Notes under the pieces: generated by a model
What the model was told of the DNA's origin: nothing
The model's database searches: none
The model's input: the letters and a program-made list of their open reading frames with translations, nothing else
Assembly (NCBI GenBank): GCA_964369525.1
Contig: CAYJEW010000002.1
Span: 1,815-65,814 of the forward strand
DNA length: 64,000 bases
DNA from: an uncultured Oscillospiraceae bacterium
GTDB taxonomy: Bacteria; Bacillota; Clostridia; Oscillospirales; Ruminococcaceae
Reading direction: 5' to 3'
Made by a program: the position numbers and the translations under genes
Shown here: one piece after another, positions 1 through 9,349 of the stretch
Layout of the letters: each line of letters begins with the position of its first letter
Position numbering within the stretch: position 1 is the first letter of the stretch

Positions 1-2
1 CG

Positions 3-1469
3 TTGCCGTTAATGTTTCAGGCAGACTCCACAGTGTATCTTTCAAACTCGGAGTTTTTTGCGGGTACATCACCGAACTATTTGGGGATACGCGGGCCGGT
101 GGTTCCTTTTGTACTGATGATGTTTGGCAAGCTGTTTAGCTACACGGTGTATGGCCTGACGGTGGGGCTGTTTTTAACATACCTTGTGTTTGTGGCGTCG
201 GTTTTGATATGCTTACATTTGCTGGAAATTCCTAAATTGATAGGTAGGCACGTCACGCTGCTTTTGGCAACGGTGGTGATGTTTTTAAATGTTGTTATAT
301 TAGCGTATGCGCATGTAATATTAACAGAATTTTTTATTATTACATTTATTGCGGTTTATGCGGCAATAATGCTGGCTTTTTATAGGTATAGGCCGCAGGA
401 AAAAAAGAAAATAATAATAAAAGAAATAGCGTTAAGTGTGATATCAATAGCGGCACTGATTGTGGCGTATGCAATAAAGCAGATGTTTTTCCCTATTATT
501 GTTTTGATGTATGCATGCTATAAAATTGTGGATATTAAAGGCAAATTAAGCATAAAAAGAGTGCTGAAAGAAATTTTAGTGGTATTTTTAATGGTTGTGT
601 CGCTATTTTCTTATATTAATATTTATAGTGGTGCAACGAGCGGAAACAACATGGAGGGGGACTCTGTAAGCAACTATGCCGGCAGCTTTTTAATTGATGG
701 CCTGCGGTATTTTGTGCCGCAGGGCGATATTGTGTATGGTGAGGAAACCACGATTTTTATAAACGACGATGCTATAAATGCTATCGATTCTTTCACGTTT
801 ACGTTTGAGCCGGGCATAGCCAACAGCATTGAATATGTGGCGACGTGTTTTGCTAACTCGCCGTCCAGATGGTTTGCCAGTTATAAGGCAAATTATGGGG
901 TTATTTCGGGGGTTATACGCTGCGGGGTGGATGGAGTTAGCAGAAAGTACACACCTGTTAGCACAACGTTGCATTTTGATTTTTTGTATGAGTCGGGCGC
1001 GTGGGTGGACCATTTTAAAATATTATCGCCACAGCTTTTATCCTATCCGCAAGAGTTTGGCACCGAAGTATCGCAGCAGATGTTTGGGCATCAGGTGGTG
1101 GACACGGGGCTGGTATCTAATCTGCTATTTAACACAAGGTATGCAAACCTGTCGATAGTGTTTCACACAACAGCGGTGTATTTTTCGCCTATTATTTTGC
1201 TAGTGGCGCTTGGTTTGATTATAGCAAGCAAAAAATATGCTTTTATAAATAAAAAGCTTTGTATAATTAATGCATTATTGTCGGTTAATATGTTTTTTTA
1301 CATATTGTTTTTGGCGACTACAGCGCAAAATATTGAGCGCTACGGCATACCGATGATATTTTTTGCGGGGATTATGTGGATAGTTAATTTAGCATATTTG
1401 ATAAGTTTTGTTGCTAAAAAAATTAAAGCAAAGCGTGCTGAGGCATCGCAAGAGCGGCAGCCGGCATAG
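3..1469 (+). CDS. polytopic membrane protein, 5' end outside window (possibly GT-C-type glycosyltransferase-like)
   Basis: The ORF is open at the left edge. It has many hydrophobic helices, then a ~200-aa hydrophilic domain, then about 3 more helices and a basic tail. It is visibly AT-richer than its neighbours. The family guess rests on architecture only. Confidence 0.6.
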   Translation: MPLMFQADSTVYLSNSEFFAGTSPNYLGIRGPVVPFVLMMFGKLFSYTVYGLTVGLFLTYLVFVASVLICLHLLEIPKLIGRHVTLLLATVVMFLNVVILAYAHVILTEFFIITFIAVYAAIMLAFYRYRPQEKKKIIIKEIALSVISIAALIVAYAIKQMFFPIIVLMYACYKIVDIKGKLSIKRVLKEILVVFLMVVSLFSYINIYSGATSGNNMEGDSVSNYAGSFLIDGLRYFVPQGDIVYGEETTIFINDDAINAIDSFTFTFEPGIANSIEYVATCFANSPSRWFASYKANYGVISGVIRCGVDGVSRKYTPVSTTLHFDFLYESGAWVDHFKILSPQLLSYPQEFGTEVSQQMFGHQVVDTGLVSNLLFNTRYANLSIVFHTTAVYFSPIILLVALGLIIASKKYAFINKKLCIINALLSVNMFFYILFLATTAQNIERYGIPMIFFAGIMWIVNLAYLISFVAKKIKAKRAEASQERQPA

Positions 1470-1528
1470 CACGCGTTGGTTTGGGCGGTAGATAAAACGA
1501 TGAATAAATAATTATTTACTATTGTTAT

Positions 1529-2197
1529 TTATTTTTTAAGTTTAGCGCTTTTTGGCTTGGGTTTAGTTTTAGGTGCGGGGTCGGTTAGGTGCGGTGTGGC
1601 ACCGCCGGCAACTGCCCAGATATATAAGCTGGCGGTGCTACAGTATGGTGAATAGCGCCGCCTGTATTTTTCGAAAAGGGCAGGTGTTATTTTACGGTGG
1701 CGGTGTAACATGCGCAGGCCGCGGTGGATGGCGAGGTCGCCAAAGCTGAGGATATCAGGACGGTTTAGGCAGAACAGCATTATCATCTCGGCCGTCCAAA
1801 CGCCGATGCCTTTTATAGACGACAGAGTTTTTATTATCTCTTCGTCGCTTTTTGTGTGGAGCTCGTGCAGTATAAGGTCTCCAGTGAGCACGCTTTCGGC
1901 AAAGGCTTTGATGTACTCGGCTTTTTTGAAGGTTATGCCGCATTTTTGTAGCTCTTCCACCGAAGCTGAGGCAACCGAAGGCGCAGATACCTCGCCCAGC
2001 GCCGCCTGTATTCTGGCCCATACGGTGGCTTGAGCCGCTGTGGAGATCTGCTGGCCTATGATGTGGTGTACCACCGATGAGAAAAGATCTTGGTCAAGTG
2101 GGCGGTTGATATGGCCTATGGCGTCTATGGCAGTGCTAAGCGCGGCGTCTTTTTTCTTTAGGTAGGCAACGGCCTCTTGGTCGTATTTAAAATGCAT
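1529..2197 (-). CDS. DNA-3-methyladenine glycosylase II family (HhH-GPD, AlkA-like)
   Basis: It carries the HhH-GPD signature IKGIGVWTAEMIMLF ... FGDLAIHRG. The size of 222 aa is typical of short AlkA/Mag-type enzymes. Confidence 0.8.
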   Translation of the reverse strand: MHFKYDQEAVAYLKKKDAALSTAIDAIGHINRPLDQDLFSSVVHHIIGQQISTAAQATVWARIQAALGEVSAPSVASASVEELQKCGITFKKAEYIKAFAESVLTGDLILHELHTKSDEEIIKTLSSIKGIGVWTAEMIMLFCLNRPDILSFGDLAIHRGLRMLHRHRKITPALFEKYRRRYSPYCSTASLYIWAVAGGATPHLTDPAPKTKPKPKSAKLKK

Positions 2198-2344
2198 AAA
2201 TTAACCTTTAATTGTGTTTAAAATGGATTTTAGCCGGAGCCGAACAATAATAAGTATAGCACAAATTGGCTACGGGCTTAAATATATAGGCTATTTTTTA
2301 TTATTTTAAGTATATTTTTACTGTACCGATTTTTTGCTGTAGGT

Positions 2345-4612
2345 ATGAAAGAAAACAATGCAAGGGAGAGCGCGCGTAACATGCTGAGGTTATCGAGATA
2401 TCTTAAAAAGTATATTTGGATGCTGCTGATAGCGGTTGTGTTTTTGTGCGGGCAGGCGGTTTTAGACCTGAACCTGCCGGACAGAATGAGCGACATTGTG
2501 AACGTAGGTATTCAAAAAAGTGGTATTGAGGAGATAGCCCCAAAGGCGATTAGCGGGCAGTCTTTTGCTTTGATGCAGATCTTCTTTAGCGAAGAAGGGC
2601 TGGAGGCTGTGCAGGAGGGCTATACATTTTACAGCGAGCTACCCTCGGCAGAGCAGGAGGAGATAGACAGGGAGTTTCCCGACGCGTGGGCGCAGAATGC
2701 GCTGATACTTACGGCAACACAAGAGCAACTGGAGGCTGTGGACAGGGCGTTTGCGCAGGCGGGGTACGCCTTGATGGATATGCTGCAAATGCTGTCGCAG
2801 CAGGCCGGAGACACAGCGGCGGTGCAGACCGATACGGCAGGAGCGGCGCTGAGCCCTGAGATGTTGGCACAGCTGCCAAGCCTTTTACAGATAGCACCGC
2901 AGGAGATGTTTGGCGAGGTGATTGAGGCGGCCGCGCAAACCCCCGACACCATGACAGAGGCTGTGGCGGCGGTGTTTAACGTGGCGTTTTATCAAGAGCT
3001 TGGCGCCGATATTAGTAGCATGCAGGTAGCGTATATTGTTAGAACGGGTATTGCAATGGCACTGCTTAGCCTTGCTATGGTGGCGTGTGCTGTAGGGGCA
3101 GGTTACTTTTTTGCAAAGCTGGGCGCAGGCGTGGCAAGGGATTTGCGTGGGGATATATTTGCGAAGGTTAGCGGCTTTTCCAACGCGGAGATGGATAAGT
3201 TTTCTACCGCCAGCCTTATTACCCGAACCGGTAACGATATTACGCAGGTGCAGATGCTGTATTCGATGGCAATGCGCATGCTGGTGTTTGCGCCTATTAT
3301 GGGCGTGGGCGGCATAGTTATGGCGCTACGTAAATCGCCCAATATGAGCTGGATTATAGGTGTGGCTGTGGGGGTTTTGATACTGGCCATAGGCACCGTG
3401 ATGATGATAGTGCTACCAAGGTTTAAAAAGATGCAGAGCCTTGTGGACAGGCTAAACCTTGTGGCGCGCGAAAACCTAAGCGGTATAATGGTTGTGCGGG
3501 TGTTTGCAAACCAGGCTTTTCAGCAAAATAGGTTTGAAAAAGCTAACAAAGAGCTTACGCAGAACAGCATATTTGTGGGCAGGGCTATGACAACGCTTAT
3601 GCCGATAATGATGCTTATAATGAATGGCGTGTCGCTATTTATTATATGGTTTGGGGCAGAGCAGATTGCCCAAAGCGCACTGCAGGTGGGCGACATGATG
3701 GCCTTTATTCAATATTCAATACAGGTAATTATGGCATTTTTGTTTATAGCTATTGTGTTTGTTATGGTACCGCGTGCATCGGTTTCGGCCGAGCGCATAG
3801 ACGAGGTACTGCGCACAAAAAACAGCATCGAAGACCCTGAAAACCCCAAAACATTTGCAGGGAATGCAAAAGGCAACCTTGAGTTTCATGACGTTTGTTT
3901 CCGTTATGGCGAGGCAGAAGAAGACGCGCTGCAGAACATTAGCTTTACCGCAAAGCCGGGGCAGACAACGGCATTTATTGGTGCTACGGGTAGCGGCAAG
4001 TCTACCTTGATAAATCTTATACCAAGGTTTTACGACGTTAGCAGTGGTAAGGTTACGCTGGACGGTGTGGACGTGCGAGAGCTTACACAGCATGAGCTAA
4101 GGGAGAATATTGGGTATGTGCCGCAAAAGGGCCTACTGTTTAGCGGAGATATTGCATATAACCTAAAGTTTGGCAACGAGAACGCGCAAGAGGACGAGCT
4201 GCGTGAGGTGGCGCAGGTGGCGCAGGCGATAGACTTTATAGACGAGATGGAAGACGGGTTTACCACGCAGATTTCGCAGGGCGGCACTAATGTGTCGGGC
4301 GGGCAGCGCCAGCGCCTTAGCATGGCACGCGCGCTTGCAAAAAAAGCACCGATTTACATATTTGACGATAGCTTCTCGGCGCTGGATTTTGCCACCGACG
4401 CAAAGCTGCGAGCTGCGCTGAAGCCGTACACAGAAGAGGCAACCGTGCTGATAGTGGCGCAGAGGGTTTCTACAATAATGACGGCAGAGCAGATTATTGT
4501 GCTGGATGAGGGCAAAATAGTGGGAACTGGAACGCACAAGCAGCTGCTTGAGAGCTGCCAAACCTACAAAGAGATAGCCGAAAGCCAGTTGAGCAAGGAG
4601 GAGTTGGCATGA
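2345..4612 (+). CDS. ABC exporter, fused permease/ATPase, degenerate-site subunit of a heterodimer
   Basis: Walker A is GATGSGKST and the signature is VSGGQRQR. Walker B is IYIFDDS, with Asp in place of the catalytic Glu. There is a ~190-aa insert between TM1 and TM2. An alternative start lies at 2381 (MLRLSRYLKKY). Confidence 0.9.
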   Translation: MKENNARESARNMLRLSRYLKKYIWMLLIAVVFLCGQAVLDLNLPDRMSDIVNVGIQKSGIEEIAPKAISGQSFALMQIFFSEEGLEAVQEGYTFYSELPSAEQEEIDREFPDAWAQNALILTATQEQLEAVDRAFAQAGYALMDMLQMLSQQAGDTAAVQTDTAGAALSPEMLAQLPSLLQIAPQEMFGEVIEAAAQTPDTMTEAVAAVFNVAFYQELGADISSMQVAYIVRTGIAMALLSLAMVACAVGAGYFFAKLGAGVARDLRGDIFAKVSGFSNAEMDKFSTASLITRTGNDITQVQMLYSMAMRMLVFAPIMGVGGIVMALRKSPNMSWIIGVAVGVLILAIGTVMMIVLPRFKKMQSLVDRLNLVARENLSGIMVVRVFANQAFQQNRFEKANKELTQNSIFVGRAMTTLMPIMMLIMNGVSLFIIWFGAEQIAQSALQVGDMMAFIQYSIQVIMAFLFIAIVFVMVPRASVSAERIDEVLRTKNSIEDPENPKTFAGNAKGNLEFHDVCFRYGEAEEDALQNISFTAKPGQTTAFIGATGSGKSTLINLIPRFYDVSSGKVTLDGVDVRELTQHELRENIGYVPQKGLLFSGDIAYNLKFGNENAQEDELREVAQVAQAIDFIDEMEDGFTTQISQGGTNVSGGQRQRLSMARALAKKAPIYIFDDSFSALDFATDAKLRAALKPYTEEATVLIVAQRVSTIMTAEQIIVLDEGKIVGTGTHKQLLESCQTYKEIAESQLSKEELA

Positions 4613-6498
4613 GTAACAACAACCAAAATGCCAAACCGCAAGAGCGGCCTCAGGGCGGAATGATGGGTGGGCCGGGCGGCAGAGGTCCGGGCGGCCCGGG
4701 CGCTATGATACCCGGCGAAAAGGCAAAAAACTTTAAGGGCACCATGAAAAAGCTACTGGCTTACCTAAAAGGTTTTTTGCCGGGAATTATTGCCTGCCTT
4801 GTGCTGGCGGTGGCATCTACCGTGTTTGCTATTACAGGGCCTAAAATTTTGGCAGGGGCTACCGACACATTGTTTGACGGGCTTTTGGCTATGATTGCAG
4901 GTACCGGCGGCATAGACTTTGATAGTCTTTGGCAAATTCTTTTGCTGTGTGGCACTATATATGTTATAAGCGCGGTGCTACAGTATTTAAACGGGTTTAT
5001 ACTGAACAACATTGCAAACAAGATAAGCTACAACCTGCGCGAAGAGATTAGCGCAAAGATAAATCGCTTACCGCTTTCTTATTTTGACAAGGTGAGTAAC
5101 GGTGATATACTAAGCCGCATTACCAATGATGTGGACACGCTGACCCAGAGCCTGAACCAAAGCTTGCCGCAGATGATTACCAGCGTAACCACCGTTATAG
5201 GTGTGGTAATTATGATGCTTACCATCAATGTGTGGATGACGCTTATTACGGTGTTTATACTGCCGTTTTCGCTTTTGCTGGTTATGCAGATAATAAAGCG
5301 CAGTCAGCCGTACTACAAAAAACAGCAGAAGTATCTGGGGCAGGCAAACGGCCAGGTGGAAGAGATGTATGGCGGCCACCTTGTGGTGAAGGCGTTTAAC
5401 CGCGAGCGGGAAACCGAGCGGGTGTTTAACGAGGTGAACGAAAAGCTGTATGACGCGGCGTGGAAAAGCCAGTTTTTTGGCGGAATGATGATGCCAACCA
5501 TGAACTTTGTAGGCAATATGGGCTATGTGCTGGTGTGTATTGCGGGCGGGCTTTTTACAATTTCGGGCAGTATTACTGTGGGCGAAATACAGGCGTTTAC
5601 CCAGTATGTGCGCAACTTTACCCAGCCTATTACGCAGATAGCGAATGCGTCGAACATGTTACAGCAAACGGCCGCGGCGGCGGAGCGTGTGTTTGAATTT
5701 TTGGGCGAAGCAGAAGAAAGCCCCGATGCACAGCCGGCTTTGGCGGTGCAGGGGCTGGAAGAGAGCGTGCAGTTTAAAAACGTTAAGTTTGGTTACCTTG
5801 AAGACCAAACGATTATTAATGACTTTTCCGCAGCGGTACAGCCGGGCCAGCAGGTGGCAATTGTGGGGCCAACGGGCGCTGGAAAAACCACAATGGTGAA
5901 GCTATTGATGCGGTTTTATGATGTGAACGGCGGCGCAATAATGCTGGGCGGGCACAACATAAACGAGTTTAAACGAAACGACTTGCGCGGGATGTTTGGT
6001 ATGGTGCTTCAGGACACATGGCTATATAACGACACCATTATGGAGAACATTCGCTACGGTAAGCTGGATGCAACCGACCAAGAGGTGATTGCGGCGGCAA
6101 AAGCTGCGCAGGCCGACCGATTTATTCGCACACTGCCCGACGGCTACAACATGGTGCTAAACGAAGAGGCCAGCAACATATCGGTGGGGCAAAAGCAGCT
6201 GCTAACCATTGCGAGAACCATACTGGCAGACCCTGCAATTCTTATACTGGACGAGGCCACCAGCAGTGTGGATACCCGAACCGAGATTGCTATTCAAAAG
6301 GCGATGCGCCAGCTTATGAAAGACCGCACCAGCTTTATTATTGCGCACCGATTGTCTACCATTAGGGACTCGGATATGATACTGGTAATGAAAGATGGCG
6401 ATGTGGTGGAGACGGGAAGCCACGACGAGCTGCTGGCCAAAGGCGGATTTTATGCTAATTTATACAACAGCCAGTTTGAAAGCGGAGCTATTGCTTAA
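4609..6498 (+). CDS. ABC exporter, fused permease/ATPase, consensus-site subunit
   Basis: Its start overlaps the upstream stop as ATGA. Walker A is GPTGAGKTT and Walker B is ILILDEATS. The signature is degenerate (ISVGQKQ). The N-terminal tail is Gly/Pro-rich. Confidence 0.9.
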   Translation: MSNNNQNAKPQERPQGGMMGGPGGRGPGGPGAMIPGEKAKNFKGTMKKLLAYLKGFLPGIIACLVLAVASTVFAITGPKILAGATDTLFDGLLAMIAGTGGIDFDSLWQILLLCGTIYVISAVLQYLNGFILNNIANKISYNLREEISAKINRLPLSYFDKVSNGDILSRITNDVDTLTQSLNQSLPQMITSVTTVIGVVIMMLTINVWMTLITVFILPFSLLLVMQIIKRSQPYYKKQQKYLGQANGQVEEMYGGHLVVKAFNRERETERVFNEVNEKLYDAAWKSQFFGGMMMPTMNFVGNMGYVLVCIAGGLFTISGSITVGEIQAFTQYVRNFTQPITQIANASNMLQQTAAAAERVFEFLGEAEESPDAQPALAVQGLEESVQFKNVKFGYLEDQTIINDFSAAVQPGQQVAIVGPTGAGKTTMVKLLMRFYDVNGGAIMLGGHNINEFKRNDLRGMFGMVLQDTWLYNDTIMENIRYGKLDATDQEVIAAAKAAQADRFIRTLPDGYNMVLNEEASNISVGQKQLLTIARTILADPAILILDEATSSVDTRTEIAIQKAMRQLMKDRTSFIIAHRLSTIRDSDMILVMKDGDVVETGSHDELLAKGGFYANLYNSQFESGAIA

Positions 6499-6547
6499 AT
6501 GAATTTATATAGCTTTGGCACGATGGGTTAACCTGAGTTAGACAAAA

Positions 6548-6594
6548 GGCAGTTAGCGGTTTGCAGTTAAGCAAAATGGCTAACTGTCTTCTTG
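6548..6594. terminator. hairpin between convergent ABC and NusG_II genes
   Basis: The stem is GGCAGTTAGC / GCTAACTGTC with one mismatch, and an inner TTTGC/GCAAA stem lies within it. The T-run is weak. Confidence 0.4.
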
Positions 6595-6999
6595 TATACT
6601 TACAAGTACACCGGCCGGAGCACAAAGCGCCCACTCGCCTTCACGAGATATCTGCCCAAAGCTTTCGCAGGTATGGTCGGGACATTGCGAATTTATAAAA
6701 CGGATAGTGCCGTCTTCTACATGCAGGGTGGTGGGAAGGTTTGCGTCTACATGGATGGTGTTGTCTGTAGAAAGCGGTATTATTTGAACATGCTGGGATG
6801 TGCCCTGCGTGACGGTTACAATAGCAACGGTACCTTCTGAAGTAGCTAGCGTGAGCGCCAGCCACACAACGCCAACAAGCGCCAGAATGGCAATAATCCA
6901 GATATCTACTCGCCTAAAAAACGGTGGGCGCTCGGACGTGGCGGCACAGGTGCGGGGAGTTTTGGGGGCAGGTTTTTTGTTGTTCATAGTCTTGAGCAT
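6580..6999 (-). CDS. NusG domain II-containing membrane-anchored protein
   Basis: An N-terminal TM anchor is followed by a beta-rich domain containing the CPDHTC motif, which is typical of the NusG_II (DUF1312-like) family. Confidence 0.6.
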   Translation of the reverse strand: MLKTMNNKKPAPKTPRTCAATSERPPFFRRVDIWIIAILALVGVVWLALTLATSEGTVAIVTVTQGTSQHVQIIPLSTDNTIHVDANLPTTLHVEDGTIRFINSQCPDHTCESFGQISREGEWALCAPAGVLVSIQEDS

Positions 7000-7068
7000 C
7001 CTTTAAAGTAAAAGAATTTGTGTGGTATTGCGTGAGCACAGTATACCATATTGTTTGGGCTTTTGCCA

Positions 7069-7097
7069 TTCACATTGGCGCTATGCTGTGGTATGAT
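7069..7097 (+). promoter_or_regulatory. sigma-A-type promoter for trpS
   Basis: The elements are TTCACA, a 17-nt spacer, and TATGAT, with TG one base upstream (extended -10). Confidence 0.5.
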
Positions 7098-7140
7098 ACT
7101 ACTAGAAAAAAAGTAGCTTTGTGAAAGGGGTTATTAAAGA

Positions 7141-8148
7141 GTGGAACAAGCAGAGCGAAAGCAACGCGTTTTTAGTGGAATTCAGCCCTCGGGTACATTT
7201 ACGCTGGGCAATTATGTGGGGGCGGTGCGCCACTGGGCGCCACTGCAAGAGCAGTACGATTGCCTATACAGCGTGGTTAACATGCACGCTATTACGGTGA
7301 AACAAAACGGCGCACAGCTTAGGCGTGCTACATACGAGGCAGCGGCGCTACTTTTGGCTTCGGGTATAGACCCTCAGCAGAGCATTATATTTGTGCAAAG
7401 TCAGGTACCACAGCATGCAGAGCTTGCTTGGGTACTGGCATGCAACACCATGTTTGGCGAGCTTTCGCGCATGACACAGTTTAAAGATAAAAGCAAAAAG
7501 CATGCCGAGAATATAAACGGTGGGTTGTTTACCTACCCCATTTTGATGGCGGCAGATATACTGCTGTACAACGCAAACCTTGTGCCGGTGGGCATAGATC
7601 AAAAACAGCATGTAGAGCTTTCACGAGATATTGCACAGCGCTTCAACAGTAGCTACTCCGATACCTTTGCTGTGCCGCAGCCGCTTATATCGGGTGTGGG
7701 GGCAAAGGTGATGAGCCTGCAAAACCCCACTGCAAAGATGAGCAAAAGTGACGAGAACGAAAACAGCTATATCTCCATGACCGACACGCCGCAGGTTATT
7801 GAGCGCAAGTTTAAGCGCGCGGTTACCGACAGCGAGGGCGAGGTGCGCCGTGACGAGCAAAACAAGCCGGGCGTATCCAACCTAATGACCATATACGGCA
7901 TTATGACAGGCAAGGACGACGACACCATTGAAAAAGAGTTTGCAGGCGGCGGCTACGGCGACTTTAAGCTGGCGGTAGCTCAGAGCGTTATAGATGTGTT
8001 CACGCCGATACAGGCAGAGTACGAGAAGATACTGAAAGACACAGCACAGCTTGAAAAAACGCTAGCGCAAGGCGCCGAACGTGCGCAGGCCCTAGCCGCA
8101 AGAACGCTGGCCAAGGTGTATAAAAAGGTTGGCTTTGCGCAGTTTTAA
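7141..8148 (+). CDS. trpS: tryptophan--tRNA ligase
   Basis: It is a class I aaRS. The N-terminus reads FSGIQPSGTFTLGNYVGA, the KMSKS loop is present (AKMSKSD), and the length is 335 aa. The start codon is GTG. Confidence 0.93.
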   Translation: MEQAERKQRVFSGIQPSGTFTLGNYVGAVRHWAPLQEQYDCLYSVVNMHAITVKQNGAQLRRATYEAAALLLASGIDPQQSIIFVQSQVPQHAELAWVLACNTMFGELSRMTQFKDKSKKHAENINGGLFTYPILMAADILLYNANLVPVGIDQKQHVELSRDIAQRFNSSYSDTFAVPQPLISGVGAKVMSLQNPTAKMSKSDENENSYISMTDTPQVIERKFKRAVTDSEGEVRRDEQNKPGVSNLMTIYGIMTGKDDDTIEKEFAGGGYGDFKLAVAQSVIDVFTPIQAEYEKILKDTAQLEKTLAQGAERAQALAARTLAKVYKKVGFAQF

Positions 8149-8323
8149 GGTATAAGAGCACCGTGTGCGCCCTTTGGCAGGGCTATGTTTGGTGGGTTTT
8201 TGCCTATTTATTTTTTGTTTTGTATCGGCAAAAACAGCTAGCGGGGTCAGTACAATCGGTGTATTGCAAACCCTGAGCAAAACCCAATAAAGTTTAAGGC
8301 CCAAAAAATACTTAAAAAATATT

Positions 8324-8349
8324 AAAAAAACCACCCCTAAAAGGGGTGG
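8324..8349 (-). terminator. rho-independent terminator of the XRE gene
   Basis: The stem is CCACCCCT / AGGGGTGG. It is followed on the minus strand by a 7-T run. Confidence 0.7.
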
Positions 8350-8367
8350 TGCAGATTTTATTTGTAT

Positions 8368-9096
8368 TTATTTATGGGTTTTTACAGGCTTTTCGCCACT
8401 ACTGCCTGGCGATATACGCTCTTCGCTGGTTTTAATAAGGTTCAGCAGGCTGGTGGCGTATAGGGGGTAGTCTTTGCCCAGCGTCTCGGTGGTCATGGTG
8501 AAGGCAGAGTTGTCTTTAAACGGTGCGCCAAGGCCAATATCTTCGCCGGCTAAAATAGCGTCTACATTTGCCTCGGCAATGTTCATGGCACTGCGGGAGT
8601 AACCCGCCCACACAACGTCGGGTACACGAAACAGACTGCTTGTATTTTTAGGGCCGCTGTGGTGCAGCAGGCGGAACATCTTGTACACCGACACCATCAA
8701 AAACCCGCTTATCTCGCTAACAAGAGCGGTGTTTGGGCAGGCGGAAAGTTTGTCGTAAAGAATATTCAAGCTGTTGCTTATCAGCTTACGGTTCAAGGTG
8801 GGTAGCACACTGCCGCGATAGATGCCGTCTTTAGAGGCGAGTGCGTCGGGCGCAGGGATGTCGTCTACCGTGAGGGTTAGGCCGCTACGCTCGGCACTGC
8901 GGCCAAGCAGGTAGTCGCAAGAAACGCCGTAGTAATCGGCGGCGCGCACAACAAAATCCAGCCCGCATTCGCGGATGCCTTTTTCGTAGTGGCTTAGCAA
9001 GGCCTGAGACACGCCCAGCTCTTCGGCGGCTTTCTTTTGGGTTGTGCCGCGCTCTTTGCGCAGCAGGGTGATAATTCGGCTAAACTGAGTTGGCAT
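8368..9096 (-). CDS. XRE-family HTH transcriptional regulator with an uncharacterised ~170-aa C-terminal domain
   Basis: The HTH_3 motif reads RKERGTTQKKAAEELGVSQALLSHYEKG. The ATG at 9096 (MPTQFSRI) is preferred over the GTG at 9141 given in the track. Confidence 0.75.
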   Translation of the reverse strand: MPTQFSRIITLLRKERGTTQKKAAEELGVSQALLSHYEKGIRECGLDFVVRAADYYGVSCDYLLGRSAERSGLTLTVDDIPAPDALASKDGIYRGSVLPTLNRKLISNSLNILYDKLSACPNTALVSEISGFLMVSVYKMFRLLHHSGPKNTSSLFRVPDVVWAGYSRSAMNIAEANVDAILAGEDIGLGAPFKDNSAFTMTTETLGKDYPLYATSLLNLIKTSEERISPGSSGEKPVKTHK

Positions 9097-9167
9097 ACAA
9101 TTAAATACCCCTACATATTTTATAGTAGAAACTACCGCCACGGTTGTTGTTTTGTTTGGTGACCCAC

Positions 9168-9211
9168 ATTTACTTGATGTAAATTATAGTAAAACAAAAA
9201 CAATTTGTAAA
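9168..9211 (-). promoter_or_regulatory. promoter of the XRE regulator gene with adjacent palindrome
   Basis: On the minus strand the elements are TTTACA (9206..9211), a 17-nt spacer, and TATAAT (9183..9188). The inverted repeat ATTTAC-N5-GTAAAT (9168..9184) overlaps the -10/start region. Confidence 0.55.
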
Positions 9212-9349
9212 TATACGAAAATAAAAAAAACATGGCCAAAACATGTGTAAAATGACGATAACGTGAAAATTGTCGCAACATATGCTAAATAGGCAAATTT
9301 ACTTCGCAAAATATAGTGGTGTGCACCGCAAAAATAAAGGAGATTTTTT

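Noticed and set aside
7000-7140. I considered a possible T-box leader upstream of trpS, and also upstream of lysS at 29155..29403 and serA at 39770..40011.
   Set aside because: The leaders are too short (about 45-100 nt after the predicted promoters). I found no T-box sequence (AANNNGGGTGGTACCGCG-like), specifier-loop architecture or terminator/antiterminator pair.
9142-9349. I considered a possible cobalamin riboswitch ahead of the phosphatase-cobO pair.
   Set aside because: The region is AT-rich, is mostly occupied by the divergent XRE promoter, and has no B12-box (GCCACTG-like) or conserved stems that I could see.
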